Shown here one piece after another: positions 1 through 12,223 of a DNA stretch of 64,000 nucleotides (position 1 is its first letter; each line of letters begins with the position of its first letter). Position numbers and translations under genes: made by a program. The notes beneath the pieces are model-generated. The model worked only from the letters and a program-made list of their open reading frames with translations. It did not search any database and was not told the DNA's origin. The DNA is taken from the NCBI RefSeq assembly GCF_000143415.4, contig NW_003314272.1:1620374-1684373 (forward strand), read 5' to 3'. The stretch is from Selaginella moellendorffii (lineage: Eukaryota > Plantae > Lycopodiophyta).

Positions 1-376
1 TTTTTCACAGGCAATTCAAACTTCTAATATAAAAAGAAAAAATCAAACTTTTGCTCACTTTGCTTCCTAAAAAATCTAGCAACATCCTATCTCACTCTAA
101 ATTTTAGCATTAAGAGAGCATGCCATGTAATCCCGATATGGACAAAGGTTTAGCAAGATCAGGAAGATTTAGAGCATGCAAAACCCCCCAAGAGCAAGAA
201 GAAAATCATTAGGACTACAAAGAAAAACTGAGAAGAAAGCAAAAATAAATATTCATCTCCTAGCAGTTGCAGTAAATGGTCCCTCAAAGCTCTCCTAGTG
301 CCTCTAAATTTTTTTTTTCAAAAGTAAAAAAGCTAAAAAATCACTTTTTAAATAATATAATATTTCATATTTCCTT

Positions 377-760
377 ACATCCAACTCTCAATCTTTACCT
401 CTTAGTCTCCAAATCAAGAACCTCAGTGTATATTGATTGGATCTCATGTAGCACAGGCTGTGTCATAACTGGATAGGGGTAAATAAGCCTCGGATGCCCA
501 ATGTATTGTTTAAATGCATGCCACATTGGCATGTTGGGTCGTTTTGCTAAATCGTAGTCCTTTGGCCGCATGTTAATAAGCATATGATCCTTAAATAAAT
601 CCCTTTTTCAAAGTAAACATTGGGCATTGATAACACATACCACATGTTATTCACACTATTGCGTCTTAAAATGTATTCGATAATAGATAGGGTACACTCT
701 TTACAAAAGCCATTCAGCCAAACCTTTCCAAAAAGAAAAAAATAAAAATAAAAATTAGCA
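377..760. repeat. Dispersed repeat, copy 1 (copy 2 at ~45548-45890)
   Basis: Shares long blocks with 45548-45890, e.g. acatccaactctcaatctttacct, cctcagtgtat..gattggatctca.gtagcac.ggctgtgt.ataactgg, taataagcatatgatccttaaataaatc. Confidence 0.8.
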
Positions 761-1280
761 CATAAATACATGTTAACATTCCCTCTTCCTCCTCCTCAGT
801 AGCGTCCTGTGTCCCAAGCCGTCCATCTCAAAAAAAAAAAAAACAATACAAAACATCACAAAAAAAACACAACTTTAAGAGGAGAGAGGGACGAAAGATT
901 GTTCCTTACAAGTGAAGTCGTGGTTATAATAGATCCGGAGGTCGTAGCGTCCCAACCACGAGCGTGCATGTTGTGCACAAACTAACATGGCATAATAGTG
1001 CGGCAGCACAGACAGCGGTGCCCTCTCGAGAGTGAGTGCTCGCAGGAGCTTGTTGTTAACCATCCCTTGGAACAGCAGCGCCAATTCTCTCCCCAGAAAA
1101 GGCCCCGCGGGAATCCTGTCGGGTTTCTTTGAATGGTGGAATTCTCAGACGCAATGCAACCCGGGAGTAACCCCACTTTATATTCACTCCATGCTTCTGG
1201 CGTTCACGTAAAACGGCAAACTTGTTCCATCCCTGCAAGAACAGAGGAGGGAGGAAACAAATCACTGCCTGTAAATCTAA

Positions 1281-1430
1281 GTTGGCTGGCTATTTGTATG
1301 ACCAACAAGCTGCTGCTGCCAACGTGAGGAGGTGCAAGGGACCACAGTGCTTTCGGCTCACGTTTCTTATCATGGCCTTAGTCTGCTTGATCGGTTGCGT
1401 TGCTCTTGTCTGCCTTGTGTCCCGGACGCC
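1281..1430 (+). pseudogene. Fragment of nodulin-like MFS protein (C-terminal TM segment)
   Basis: LAGYLYDQQA..CKGPQCFRLTFLIMALVCLIGCVALVCLVSRT matches the typical C-terminus of plant nodulin-like/NFD4-type MFS proteins; no upstream exons seen. Confidence 0.6.
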
Positions 1431-1704
1431 AGAGCCAAAACCCTATATGGCACCAGCCTGTCCGCTGGATAAGTTAAAAAGAAGCTGCTTTCCAAGATTC
1501 GGGGTACCAAACCGAAGAGCTTTGGCACCATCATGGTGCCATACGAAGAAATGGAAGACCTTTTTGTGCTGGTCATGTCTATCAGGACCTAATGATCCCC
1601 TCGTGATGGGGAGCAGCGCCCTGGAAAGAAGTCGTAAACGAAAACCAGAAACAAATTTTAAGAACTCAAGAGGACTCACACATCTGAATTCTCCATTAGA
1701 TGGC

Positions 1705-1790
1705 TTACGGTAAGTTTACTTGCAATAGTCCAAAAGCACATTTACTTTCCTTAGCATACAATTGGTGTTCGTGCAATTTTTGAAACAGCT
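1705..1790 (-). mobile_element. Tiny Ty3/gypsy reverse transcriptase remnant
   Basis: FQKLHEHQLYAKESKCAFG resembles the gypsy RT motif LxKLRxHxLYAKxSKCxF. Confidence 0.4.
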
Positions 1791-2507
1791 CTGCCGGATA
1801 ATACTTATATATAGTCTGCCGTTCTGGCTCCTCAGAGCTCACTCCCAAAACAAAGAACCTTGTGTTAAAACATGACCAAGCTTTGAAAGAACTAACTGAC
1901 AAACTTTGAATGTTCCTCTTTTTACAGAATTTCACCCACAGGAGCTCCAAGTGCTCCGTCACGTCCTCGTCTTGCTAGGAGGCCAAGCCTTGTAGAAATG
2001 CAGCTCGTCCAGTACAAGAGAGCAGCTCCTGGCGGGCGAAATCAACCATGCAATGCAGGGCATCCCATGCAGCACACGCGCTCCTCTCGGCGTCAGAGAG
2101 GTGAGCAATATAGAACAAAGCCAAGACCAGGAACAACGTCTCGTCCGAGTGAGCATAGTCCCATTCAGCCACCAAGCTACTGAGACATTTCTTCGTACAA
2201 ATCCCGCACCACTGCCTCTTTCATGATCTCGTCACTCCATTTGCAACAAACTGGGACACGACATTGAGTGGTGATGAATTGGGGCACTTGAGTTTTCGAA
2301 GCAAGGCTTTTTTCTCGTGTTTCAAGAGTTCTTGATCCAAGAAGGAAGCCAAAGTCCTCTCCTTATGGAGGTTTCTTCTGTAGGAGAGATTCCTAGAGAA
2401 AAACATCTTCAAACTGACCTAACCTAAGATATCTGGTTTAAAAGAGGCTTAACCATGGCGCTAAATATAACCTTTTCCATTTCCACATGCATAAAAGATA
2501 CGTCTTA

Positions 2508-3890
2508 AGTTGATCAACCAAAGGTTTATTTTGCAACCTGAAATCTTCAAGATCCTGGTCCGCTTTCGGAGGACGAATCTAACTTCTCAGATTGAAAATA
2601 CTGGCCTGGTAATTAGTTGGGTTGGGTTAGTATATATCAAACGTGAACACAAAGTTGTCACCTGCGATTTTCAATTTTTCCAACTGCGCACCGATAACCG
2701 AATGCTTCTTTTCATTCTCCTTGAGATTCATCTCTCCTTCGAATCTTTCACCATTTTCTCCGCCTGTACAGTACAGCAAAATTAAGTCAATCCGTCGAGC
2801 GAAAGTAAGTCGAGTACCTCCAGCGCATCCATCATATCAAGCTTTTCGAGACCAAAAAGAAATATGCCCTGGTGCAGAACCTCCTGTCGCTCTTGACTTG
2901 AGCTACGCCACCGTGTTTGCCAAGCTCATTACTTGTGCTTCCATTTGACGACAGAGATTGACGCGCCGATTCAACCTCAGCTTCCGCATTCTGGACAGCC
3001 GCTCTCCTGACTTAAAGCATTCTCTGGAAAGGGTACGCAACGTTAGACCGAAAAGACCAACACAAAAGAAAAATAAAACTGCAGGAAGTTTGTGGCGAGG
3101 TTGCACAATCTGTGTTCGCAGCTGGAAGCCTTCTTTTTTCAGAAGAATAGAAGCTTTCTCACTTACAATCTAACTTTAAACCAACGCCTCACTCTTTAGG
3201 AAGAAGAAAAAAACCTCTTTGCCCCTCACCTTTTCGGTCAACTGTCGCTTTGCAACCGGGCTAGTTGTTTGTTGAGACCGTAGATTTTCTGCTCGAGTTC
3301 TTCGCCTCCACGGACAATTCCTGGGCTTGAGGCTCCTCAGCTTTTCGCTCCACCTCGTTTTGAGCAATTGCGTTTTCAAGAACAAATTAGCATGTCCTTG
3401 TACATCCGTCCAGCAGAAAGAAACCTCCTTACCTGTATCCTGGTCTCTTCCAATTGCTGAATTCTATCCACAAGCTCAGTTTCGGTATCTGGAGCTCCCT
3501 CTCCACTCTATGCGAAGTCTGTGATAAAACAAAAAAGAAGAAAAAACATTCCACACTTGCAGTACGCAGCGTGGAGTGGAGGGGCTTTCCTCGCTTGTTT
3601 CTTTGGACACCGAAAATATCCCTGGTTCCGAAATCATCCACACCAGCGGCATAGATGAGCTTGGAAATCGCAGGAAACGATGCCAGAGTCTCGATTGAAT
3701 CAGCATAGAGCTCCTGATGCCGCACGCAATCCAAGGCGCCAAGAAGGGGCTGCTGGAGCTCATTCCTAAGACGAGAAAGACGCTCACACATGGAGAACGA
3801 ATGGATTCCATCGCTTACCTGGGGATTCCCAAACGAATGTCCAATGATAATTGCGCCACACGCTAGCAAGTGATCTTCGCGGCTTGCATC
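2508..3890 (-). pseudogene. Chimeric inverted duplicate: POLH exon fragment (3829-3890) fused to partial NUF2 (2508-3831)
   Basis: Reverse complement of 3829-3890 matches POLH 4720-4783; 2508-3831 matches NUF2 ~6569-8019 including introns, with internal deletions. The 3429..3899 ORF reads DASREDHLLACGAIII (POLH) then RNELQQPLLGALDCVRHQELYADS (NUF2). Confidence 0.9.
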
Positions 3891-3990
3891 AGTATTCAAG
3901 AAATAAAATAATCATGTGACAAAGAGTCTGCAGTTCGATTCTCTTGCACTAATTTTGTTGCATCTTCCTGGTTTGAAATTAGGGCGAGAG

Positions 3991-6258
3991 ATGCCACTGG
4001 CAAGGCGCCCCGCGAGCCGCATTCGGGTAATAGCGCACGTTGATCTCGATTGCTTCTACGTCCAAGGTGTGGGAATAGAGCTTTCCGGCGCTTGTTGATC
4101 GGTGGTTTTCTCTTGATGCAGTGGAGCAGCGAAGGCAGCCCCAGTTGCGGGGGAAGCCCACGGCCGTGATTCAGTACAATTCTTGGAAGGGTGGAGCTTG
4201 CATCGCTGTTGGCTACGAAGCTCGCAAATGCGGTGTCAAACGGTAAGCTCTAAGATTTCGTAACTTTTAAGCAGCGAAGGTGTTTTTCTTTTTCTTTTAC
4301 TTTTTTTCAGCTCAATGCGAGGTGATGCTGCAAAGGCAGTGTGCCCGGATCTCAATCTGGTTCAAGTGCCTGTTCTGCACGAAAAGGCTGATCTTTCAAT
4401 CTATCGAGACGCTGGCTCCGAAGTAAGTCCAAGAAAAAAGTGCAAGGGGTGGATATTTCTTCCATTTCCAGGTGGTTGCAGTGCTTTCGCGCGTTGGAAA
4501 ATGCGAGAGAGCCTCCATTGACGAAGTGTACCTTGACGTTACCGAGGCTGCCGAGAGGCTTTCTTCAAAGGATTTGTCGACGCTCGTGAGCGAGGAAGCA
4601 TCGACGTCCCATATTGTTGGACTTCCCCAGGTGCGATGGCTTGAAAGTTCTGCCGTGGTTTATGACTTGGCGTGTGTGCGTTATAGAAGCTCGGCACGAA
4701 AGAATGGTTCTGTAGGCCGGATGCAAGCCGCGAAGATCATTTGCTAGCGTGTGGCGCAATTATCATTGCGGACATTCGTTTGGCAGTTCTAGCTGAAACT
4801 GAATTCACTTGTTCAGCCGGCGTAGCTCACAACAAAGTATGTTTTACGTTTTGGGGGACTAAGTGATTCCGGTCTTGTGTAGATGCTTGCGAAGCTCTCG
4901 AGTGGAATGCACAAGCCTGCTCAACAAACGTTAGTCCCGTCATCAGCGGTTGAATCCTTACTCGCAACCTTGCCTATAAGTAAAATGTAGCTCTCGTTGA
5001 TTACTTTTTCCTTTTGCTTATGCAAGTATGGATCTTGTGTTCAGCGGAAAACTAGGAGGCAAGCTTGGACAAGAACTTGAAGGGGAGCTTGGAGTAAAAA
5101 CGGTTGGGGATCTCTTGCAGTTTTCCGAATTGAAATTGCAGGATATGTATGGCCCAAACACTGGGTAAGGAACTTTATTCCGAGTCTATCGAGCCTTTAA
5201 CTCATCTTCTTTTGCGGTAGGACTTGGCTGTGGAATACTGCTCGCGGCATAAACGGGGACGAGGTTCAAGATCGAACGCTTCCAAAAAGTCACAGCAGCG
5301 GTAAAACGTTTCCAGGTCCTCGGGCGTTGAAAACACTTGAGACTGTAAGGTTAGTTTCTTGACTACGCATGAATTAACAAAGCGAAATTTCTCTTACAGG
5401 TTGTATATTGGCTTAAGGAGCTAGCAGAAACTCTTCAACTTCGTTTGGACGAAGATCTTTCACAAAACAATCGCACCGCGCATCTTCTCACAATTCATGC
5501 GAGCTGTCACATTGTAAGTCTCAGCTAAACTTTTGTGTTTTGGTCCTTACTTATCGCTCTCTTAGTTTCAGGAAGGTCGAGCCACGGAGGCTCCAAAGTT
5601 CTCCTCAAAGTCCCGGCCTTTAAGATATGGCGTAGACAAGATCGTAGAGGACAGCCGATACCTCTTCGAGCGAAGCTTGCACGAGTTTTGCTCTCACCAG
5701 TCAGCTGGAAAGGAGCAAAGCGAGATAACCAGCAGCTGGGCAGTGACAGGACTTTCTCTTACTGCATCAAATATCATGGCGAAGCCGATGGTAAAGACGT
5801 GATCTTTTCAAACCATTAGTAAGGATGTTGTTTGCTCTTTCCAGGGAGTAAACCCAATCACTCAGTACTTTGGCACGCGGCCTCCAGTAACAGGAGACGC
5901 TGGAAACGCCAGTGAGCAGCAACAACAGTGCCCATCGATCTCCAAGGAGGTACGTCTTGAGGAAGACAGGGCTGGCCCTAGTGTTACCACAGACGGCTCC
6001 ATTCCGGAATCCATCTCACCACCGCCGTCAAGAAAACCAGCGAAGCTCACAGATCTCTGGCAGAGAAAAGCATCACTCCAACCGGAGAGGAAGGAAGAAA
6101 CTGTGGCTTGGGAGTATAAGCAGGAAGAGATCGATCACAGCGTGTTTGCAGAGCTTCCCTCTGAAATCCAGCAAGAATTACAGGGTAGACTGGGTGTCCA
6201 AAGAAACAAGCGAGGAAAGCCGACAACAATAGCGGATTTTTTCATCTCGAAAACGTGA
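3991..6258 (+). CDS. POLH: DNA polymerase eta (Y-family translesion polymerase), multi-exon
   Basis: IAHVDLDCFYVQVEQR, AVIQYNSWKGG, SMRGDAAKAVCP, ERASIDEVYLD, FTCSAGVAHNKMLAKL motifs across GT-AG introns; C-terminal UBM-like EIDHSVFAELPSEIQQEL and PIP-like TIADFF before TGA at 6256-6258. Confidence 0.95.
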
Positions 6259-6369
6259 TACGGTGCCAGTCAACGCGCCTGGTCAATTTAGTCAACGAGC
6301 ACACTGCTAGGGTCAATGTGATCGCGTGGCACCCAGCATGGCGGGCAGCGTGTATAGAGTTTAAACTCT

Positions 6370-6379
6370 TCCCGCCAAA
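6370..6379 (-). promoter_or_regulatory. E2F-type site (TTTGGCGG) upstream of NUF2
   Basis: cccgccaaa on + strand matches TTTSSCGS on -, ~30 bp before the NUF2 ATG; fits a cell-cycle gene. Confidence 0.45.
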
Positions 6380-6405
6380 TTGTTTTCTAGGGTTGATGCT
6401 CTTCC

Positions 6406-8317
6406 ATGGCCGGGTCACGCAACACTTACTCGTTCCCCACGCTCGAGCGGAAGGAGATCCTCAAGTGCCTGGCGCAGATCGGCGTGACCGACCTCTCGGA
6501 GGAGAATCTGGTAAAGCCGTCTAGGGAGATCATCTGGCCGCTATACGAGAATCTGGTGCAATACCTTGTGGGAATCCCCAGGTAAGCGATGGAATCCACT
6601 CTTTCTCCATGAGTGAGCGTCTTTCTAGGAATGAGCTCCAGCAGCCCGTTCTTGGCGCCTTGGATTGCGTGCGGCATCAGGAGCTCTATGCTGATTCAGT
6701 CGGGACTCTGGCGTCATTTCGTGCGATTTCCAAGCTCATGCATGCCGCTGGTGTGGATGATTTCGGAACCAGGGATATTTTCAGGCCGGAGCCGGCTAGA
6801 ACAGTCCATGCGCTGAGCGCTGTGATCAACTTTGCATACTTCAGGTGTGGAGTCTTTTCTTTCTTGTTTTCTTTCCTCTTTCTTCTATAAATCACACTCG
6901 AGAATGCTGATTTTGCATAGAGCGGAGAGGGAACTTCCAGATACCGAGACTGAGCTTGTGGATAGAATCCAGCAATTGGAAGAAACCAGGATACAGGTGA
7001 GAAGGCTGCTTTCTTTCTGTGACAAGAACATGCTCATTTCTTCATCTTTAGCTTCAAAACGCAATTGCTCAAAACGAGGCAGAGCGAAAAGCTGAGGAGC
7101 CTCAAGTCCAGAAATTATCCGTGGAGGCGAAAGAACTGGAGCAGAAAATCTACGCTCTCAACAAACAACAGGCCGTGTTGCAAAGCGACATACGCGGGAT
7201 CAAAGAGGAGCTGAATAAGCTGACTGAAAAGGTGGGGACTGTGGAGTTCTTTTCTTCTTCCTAAACAGTGAGATGCTGGTTTGTATTTAGATTGTAAGCG
7301 AGAAAGCCTCTGTTGCTCAAATGAAACAAGAGGGGTTCCAGCTGCGGACACAGATTGTACAATCTCCCGACAAGCTTCGGGTAAGCTCTGAAATTCTATA
7401 TTCTACTTTTCCTTTTTGTTGTTCTTTTCGGTCTAACGTTGCGCTCCCTTTGCAGAAAATGCTTGAAGACAGGAGGGCGGCTGTTCAGAATGCGGAAGCT
7501 GAGGTTGAATCGGCCCGTCAATCTGTTGTCAAATGGAAGCACAAGTACGAGGCATACACAAAAGTGCGTTAATTTTTTTTTGTCTTTCCTTGGCCGAGCA
7601 AAACTTATATCATGTTGCAACCTCTTAGGCGAAAAGGAAAGTGCAAAAATGCCTTGATATGATGGACTCGCTGGACAAGCAGGTAATTTCGTTACTCTCG
7701 CTCGACACGCTTGACGGATTGACTTGTTTTGCTGTACAGGGGGCTCTTCAGAAGAAAATGGTGAAAGATTCGAAGGAGATGAAGATGAAACTTAAAGAGA
7801 ATGAAGAGAAGCATTCAGTTATCAGTGCGCAGCTGGAAAAGCTGAAAATCGAAGGTGACAACTTGGTATTCACATGTGATACTAACTCAAGTATCTTTCA
7901 GGCCAGCATTTTCACAATCTACTGGAGAAGCTAGATTCGTCCTTCGACGTCAAGTGCCAGGAGGCGGACAAGGAGCTTGAAGATTTCAGGTTGCAAAATG
8001 CGCCTCTGATTGATCAACTGGATAAACAGGAAGAGCAAATCGCGAGAAAGCAAGACGAGGTACGAACGCTTGATTTGATTTGCTCTTCAGATTCAAATTC
8101 TTTTGCAGGTGGAAATGATCACAAGTAACTTAAACGAGGCTCGGTCGAAGAAAGAAGCCGGGCTCAAGGCCTTACATGACGAAGTGGAGCTGATACAAAA
8201 CGAGGTAATGGACAAGGCTTATATTTGTGGGTCTCAGGCGCCAATTTTCAGGTTCTGAGATACAACGAGGACTTGATGAAAGTGATTGAGTCCTCCAATG
8301 GACGTTTCGTAGAATGA
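6406..8317 (+). CDS. NUF2: Kinetochore protein NUF2 (Ndc80 complex), multi-exon
   Basis: MAGSRNTYSFPTLERKEILKCL, DLSEENLVKPS, DDFGTRDIFRPEPARTVHALSAVINFAYFR (Nuf2 CH domain), IVQSPDKLR, coiled coil; last exon VLRYNEDLMKVIESSNGRFVE*. Confidence 0.9.
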
Positions 8318-8518
8318 GTTACCCACAGTATGACGCGCGGTACCGGCGCACAACCCAACGCCACTAGAGGCGTTCCAGCTATGCGTTCACGTTGACTATT
8401 TTGACCGGACGGTTGGAATGCGCTGACCAAATGTTTTTAAGCGCCATTTGTCTAAAAAGTAGGTTTATAGTTGCGAGCCAAAACCAAAAGGATTGGAGAT
8501 TTGTTTACCAGTGTCACG

Positions 8519-8740
8519 TTTTAAGCGCATTCTCAATCTAACTCCATCCATCTCGTGAAATGGCCCCTGCAATCCTTGTCTGCGCTTTGATTCTTCTCCC
8601 AGATCCATCTCTTGCTCTTAGAAGTGTCCCCATGGATTGTGGCTCACAACTTGAGCGCTTGGTGCTGCAATTATGTTCGATGCTCGTCGATGATTAGTAG
8701 CGGAGTGAGGCACAACGGCATCACGAGCCTTGGGAAATTC
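8519..8740 (+). pseudogene. Degenerate secreted Cys-containing (LTP-like?) fragment; related copy at ~9876-10090
   Basis: MAPAILVCALILLPDPSLA (signal-like) then DCGSQLERL..*. The second copy shares ttttaagcgcattct and atccatctcttgctc..gattgtg.ctcacaacttgagcg and reads DCASQLERF..GCCDYV. Confidence 0.35.
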
Positions 8741-8849
8741 TTCAAAGTCTGTAAGATTCAATGCGTAAAGCTGTGATGGAGGTTCTATCGATTGGTAATT
8801 CATCACGATAATATAATTTCGTTTATCAATCCATAGAAGCTTTTACAGG

Positions 8850-9860
8850 TTTTCGTCCAAGGAGTTCCAAGGCAGGAGCAAGCCCAGTGCGTTTGTGTTG
8901 TTGTATGGGTTTTGTTGATACTCCTCTAGAGCTGTACAGGAGTCGTCCACAACACTGACAGCTTATTTCAGTTGAGAAAGAAGCGGACAAAGAAAAACTA
9001 TCAGATTACTTGTGAGCCGCGTAAGACAATCCAAAGGCGATCCAGCTGAATACTGTCAGTAGCCAAAGAGCAACAGTAATGCTGCCATAACATAACGAAA
9101 AGGCATAGGATACTTTCAAAAAATTTGGAACAAGACATAAAAACCACTTACAACGGAAAGAACCACCACCAAAACGGATACGTCTTCTCTGCAACACCAT
9201 TTAATGTTCAGTATACACGAGTACTTATCACAGAAATCTGACCCTACCGATCAAAATAACTAGTCCCACTATCAAAAAGAGCATTATTACCGAGCTCGTA
9301 ACAAGGATAGTGATGTATCTGCAATGAGAAAAAAAATGGTTAACCACATCGCCTAACAATCGCAATGGAGCTAACCTCACATTTCTTTCAACGTTCTCTC
9401 AATCAGCTTCTTGTTGTCCTGAACCTTTTGTTGGATTTGCACGGCTTCAAAGTAGAGCCTGGCCTTCGACGAGAACAGAGTAGTAAGGTTACCATCGAAT
9501 GGCTCCAACTTGCTCGTTATATCCGTCATCTCTGTCGTGACATTGTATATAGTAGCTGTGGCATTGTTGGCAGCCTCAATAAGAACATCTTTCACAACGT
9601 TGGCGTCCTCGTGTAGCCTCTTGTTTCCGACAAGAAGCAAGCAGCAAAAGACACTAAACGAGCCCAAAGTCAGTCATAGATATAAACAAACTTCCAAGCA
9701 CGGAGAACACTTACAGTGCTAACAGTGTCAAAAGCATCAAAGCCGCCGAAGACACAATAGAGTGATGGGAATTTGAAGCACTAGGAGCCATCTTTTGGAA
9801 TTTTAAATCCCTCCTCTTCATCGATCGAACAAAAAGCAGCACCAGGAAAACGAGCCTTGA
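8850..9860 (-). pseudogene. Partial multi-pass membrane protein gene (At1g71110/At2g12400-like family)
   Basis: Spliced pieces: FCCLLLVGNKRLHEDANVVKDVLIEAANNATATIYNVT, ITILVTSSVIMLFLIVGLV, WLLTVFSWIAFGL, VDDSCTALEEYQQNPYNN; no clear start or C-terminal half. Confidence 0.5.
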
Positions 9861-10320
9861 ACATGTGATGGGCAATTTTTAAGCGCATTCTTGATCTTCT
9901 TCTCAATCTTATTCCGCGCTTTGATTTTCCAAATCCATCTCTTGCTCCAACAAGATTGTGCCTCACAACTTGAGCGATTTCCCAGGAATGGATGCTGCGA
10001 TTACGTTTGGGAGAACAGGATTTCCTCGTGAAGGAGCTGCCCGAGATCCAGAGCCCTGGCGCTCGCGCATTGCCGGAGGAGCGATTAGGTCTCGAGATCT
10101 CCAAATCCCCAAATCACAACGCTGAAGCTCCCAATCACCAATCCATCGCAATGAGTGAGCAAGAATTGACACCATTCCATCCAGTTTATTCACCATCTCG
10201 TTTCAAAAAAATTCCAACCATGGTGACGAATGCTTGCAAAGAACGCAGGATCTGTTATATTTTTGTGTATTTAAAATAAATATTAAAGTAAAGCTTTTTG
10301 GAAGTTATTAATGTTTGTTT

Positions 10321-10616
10321 TTGGTTTGATTAAAGGGACTAATGAATATACCTAAAATATGCTTGGATATTCTACGGTTATTATTCATTTAGATTAATTT
10401 TGTATTTATAATTTATAAAATTTCTTAAAACCTTTCTAGTATATATATTTTTATTCTATCATCGAATGGTTGATATGCAATAAGATTAATCTTGTGTTTA
10501 TAAATTACAAGCATGCTTATAATTATAAATTTAATTTGATTAATTGGATTAATAAGTAATAACAAAAACACTATTAAGCAAACCAAGCATTGCTACATAT
10601 AATGTGTAACAATTTA
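10321..10616. mobile_element. AT-rich MITE-like repeat, copy 1
   Basis: Highly similar to 38912-39210; imperfect 13-bp inverted repeats ttggtttgattaa (10321) / ttaagcaaaccaa (10574-10586). Confidence 0.6.
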
Positions 10617-11694
10617 TTGTGAAATCTTAAATATTTTATGTAATTCATTAGAACATAAATTAATAATTCTTTTGATATTAGAATCTTTTAATGTTTTTAC
10701 CATTGATTAAGGTTATCATTTGTAATTTTTCTGGGGTGTGTAAATTAAAATTAAAATATAATATTAAATTAACCTATCACCATCTTCAATATTGGTAAGA
10801 ACCACATGTTCTTGAAGCATCATTTGATTTGCATGAATTTTATACTTTTTTTTGGTGATACTTCAAATCACTAATTAAGAGCAGTTGTTTGTTTTTATCA
10901 TAAAAAACTTAAAAAAGTGGGCTTGAAGTTTTCATAAATTAGATATTTGTTAACAAAATGGGAAAAACACTCAAGATAAATGAATAACTTTTGACAATAC
11001 TTTGATTATTTATTTTTAAATATTAATTTTAATAAAAATAATTTTCCTACTTTTATTTTTTGTTTTTGAAATTATTATTTTAGTTTTATTTATTTATTTT
11101 ATTATAATGTAATACTATTTCTTTAACATGCTTTTCTTTATAAGTTTTACAAATATTTTAATAATTAAATTATTAAAATATAATTTATATTAAAATTCAT
11201 GTGAAGAGTACATGTGATTATTCAATGAATAAAAGTATATTCATTTGTTTATAATGTAATATAATTTTAAGTTTATTTTATTTAATAATTAGAAATTTAT
11301 TAATAGTTTATGAAGATATGCATTTATAGATGAGTTTCTTCAAGTACATATTTTAATTTTAATTTTTTATTATATTTTTATTTATTATATTAGTATTTTA
11401 TATATTAATTTGATGTTGTTCATCTTAATAATAAGCCCTAAAATTTTTTTTTTTTTTTCATTTTCATTATAAAAGTATAAATCTTGGAGTAAAATTTTAA
11501 ATATAAGGTTCAAAAATAAACTTTTGAATGAAGTGAAATATCCAAAATTTTAGTAATAAAATCAAATAAAAAGGAATCTGATTAATTTATTTAATTTAAA
11601 TATTCAATTAAATATTTGATAACATTTTTTAAAATTTTGAATAATGTATTAATTATTTAAAACTTAAGTAAATATATGACTTTGCTTCAAGTCA

Positions 11695-12200
11695 CCACCT
11701 TGTGGTCGTGGAGATAGCTGAGGCCTAGCACACAACCTAGAGCTATGATATCCAACTTGACAACAAGGAGCTGTGCAGCACCTCCCGGAGAATCACACTC
11801 TCCTCATACTCGTAGCAAATATATACTTGCAAAAGCACGCATCCAGAGTGGAAGCTGGTGAAGCTCGATGAAGTTCCCCACGAAGCTCCCTTTCTTCCAG
11901 ACGATCCCCACCGATCTTGCTAGCCTCTGCAAGTTGTCCGTGGCATGAATGCATATGGGCCTGTCTTGGGACTCCCTGGACAACTCCCTCAACGGGGTGG
12001 TGAAAGCCTCCTTCCCCTGAATCGAAATGTCTGCCCAAAGCTCCAGCTCCAAATCCATTGACTTTTGTGCACAAGCACGTCAAGAGCACCAACATTATCG
12101 TCACCAACGATCTGCTGGCCAAGATCGCCGCCCCCTAGCTGGTCCGAGAGATCCCGACGCCTCTCCCCACGATCAAGGAGAACGAGGAACAGATTTTAGT
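11695..12200. pseudogene. Rearranged pseudogene of the kinase at 42121-43500 (5' part on -, 3' part on +)
   Basis: Minus 11695-12060: ATDN..KKGSFVGNFIEL..YEYEESV..LSYLHDH. Plus 12063-12200: FVHKHVKSTNIIVTNDLLAKI..LVREIPTPLPTIKE. Both match the 42121-43500 protein. Confidence 0.85.
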
Positions 12201-12223
12201 GCAACAGAACCGGCGACTCTTCA

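Noticed and set aside
875-2412. Short minus-strand ORFs as intact genes
   Set aside because: Stops and frameshifts, no assignable family; treated as a fragment mosaic.
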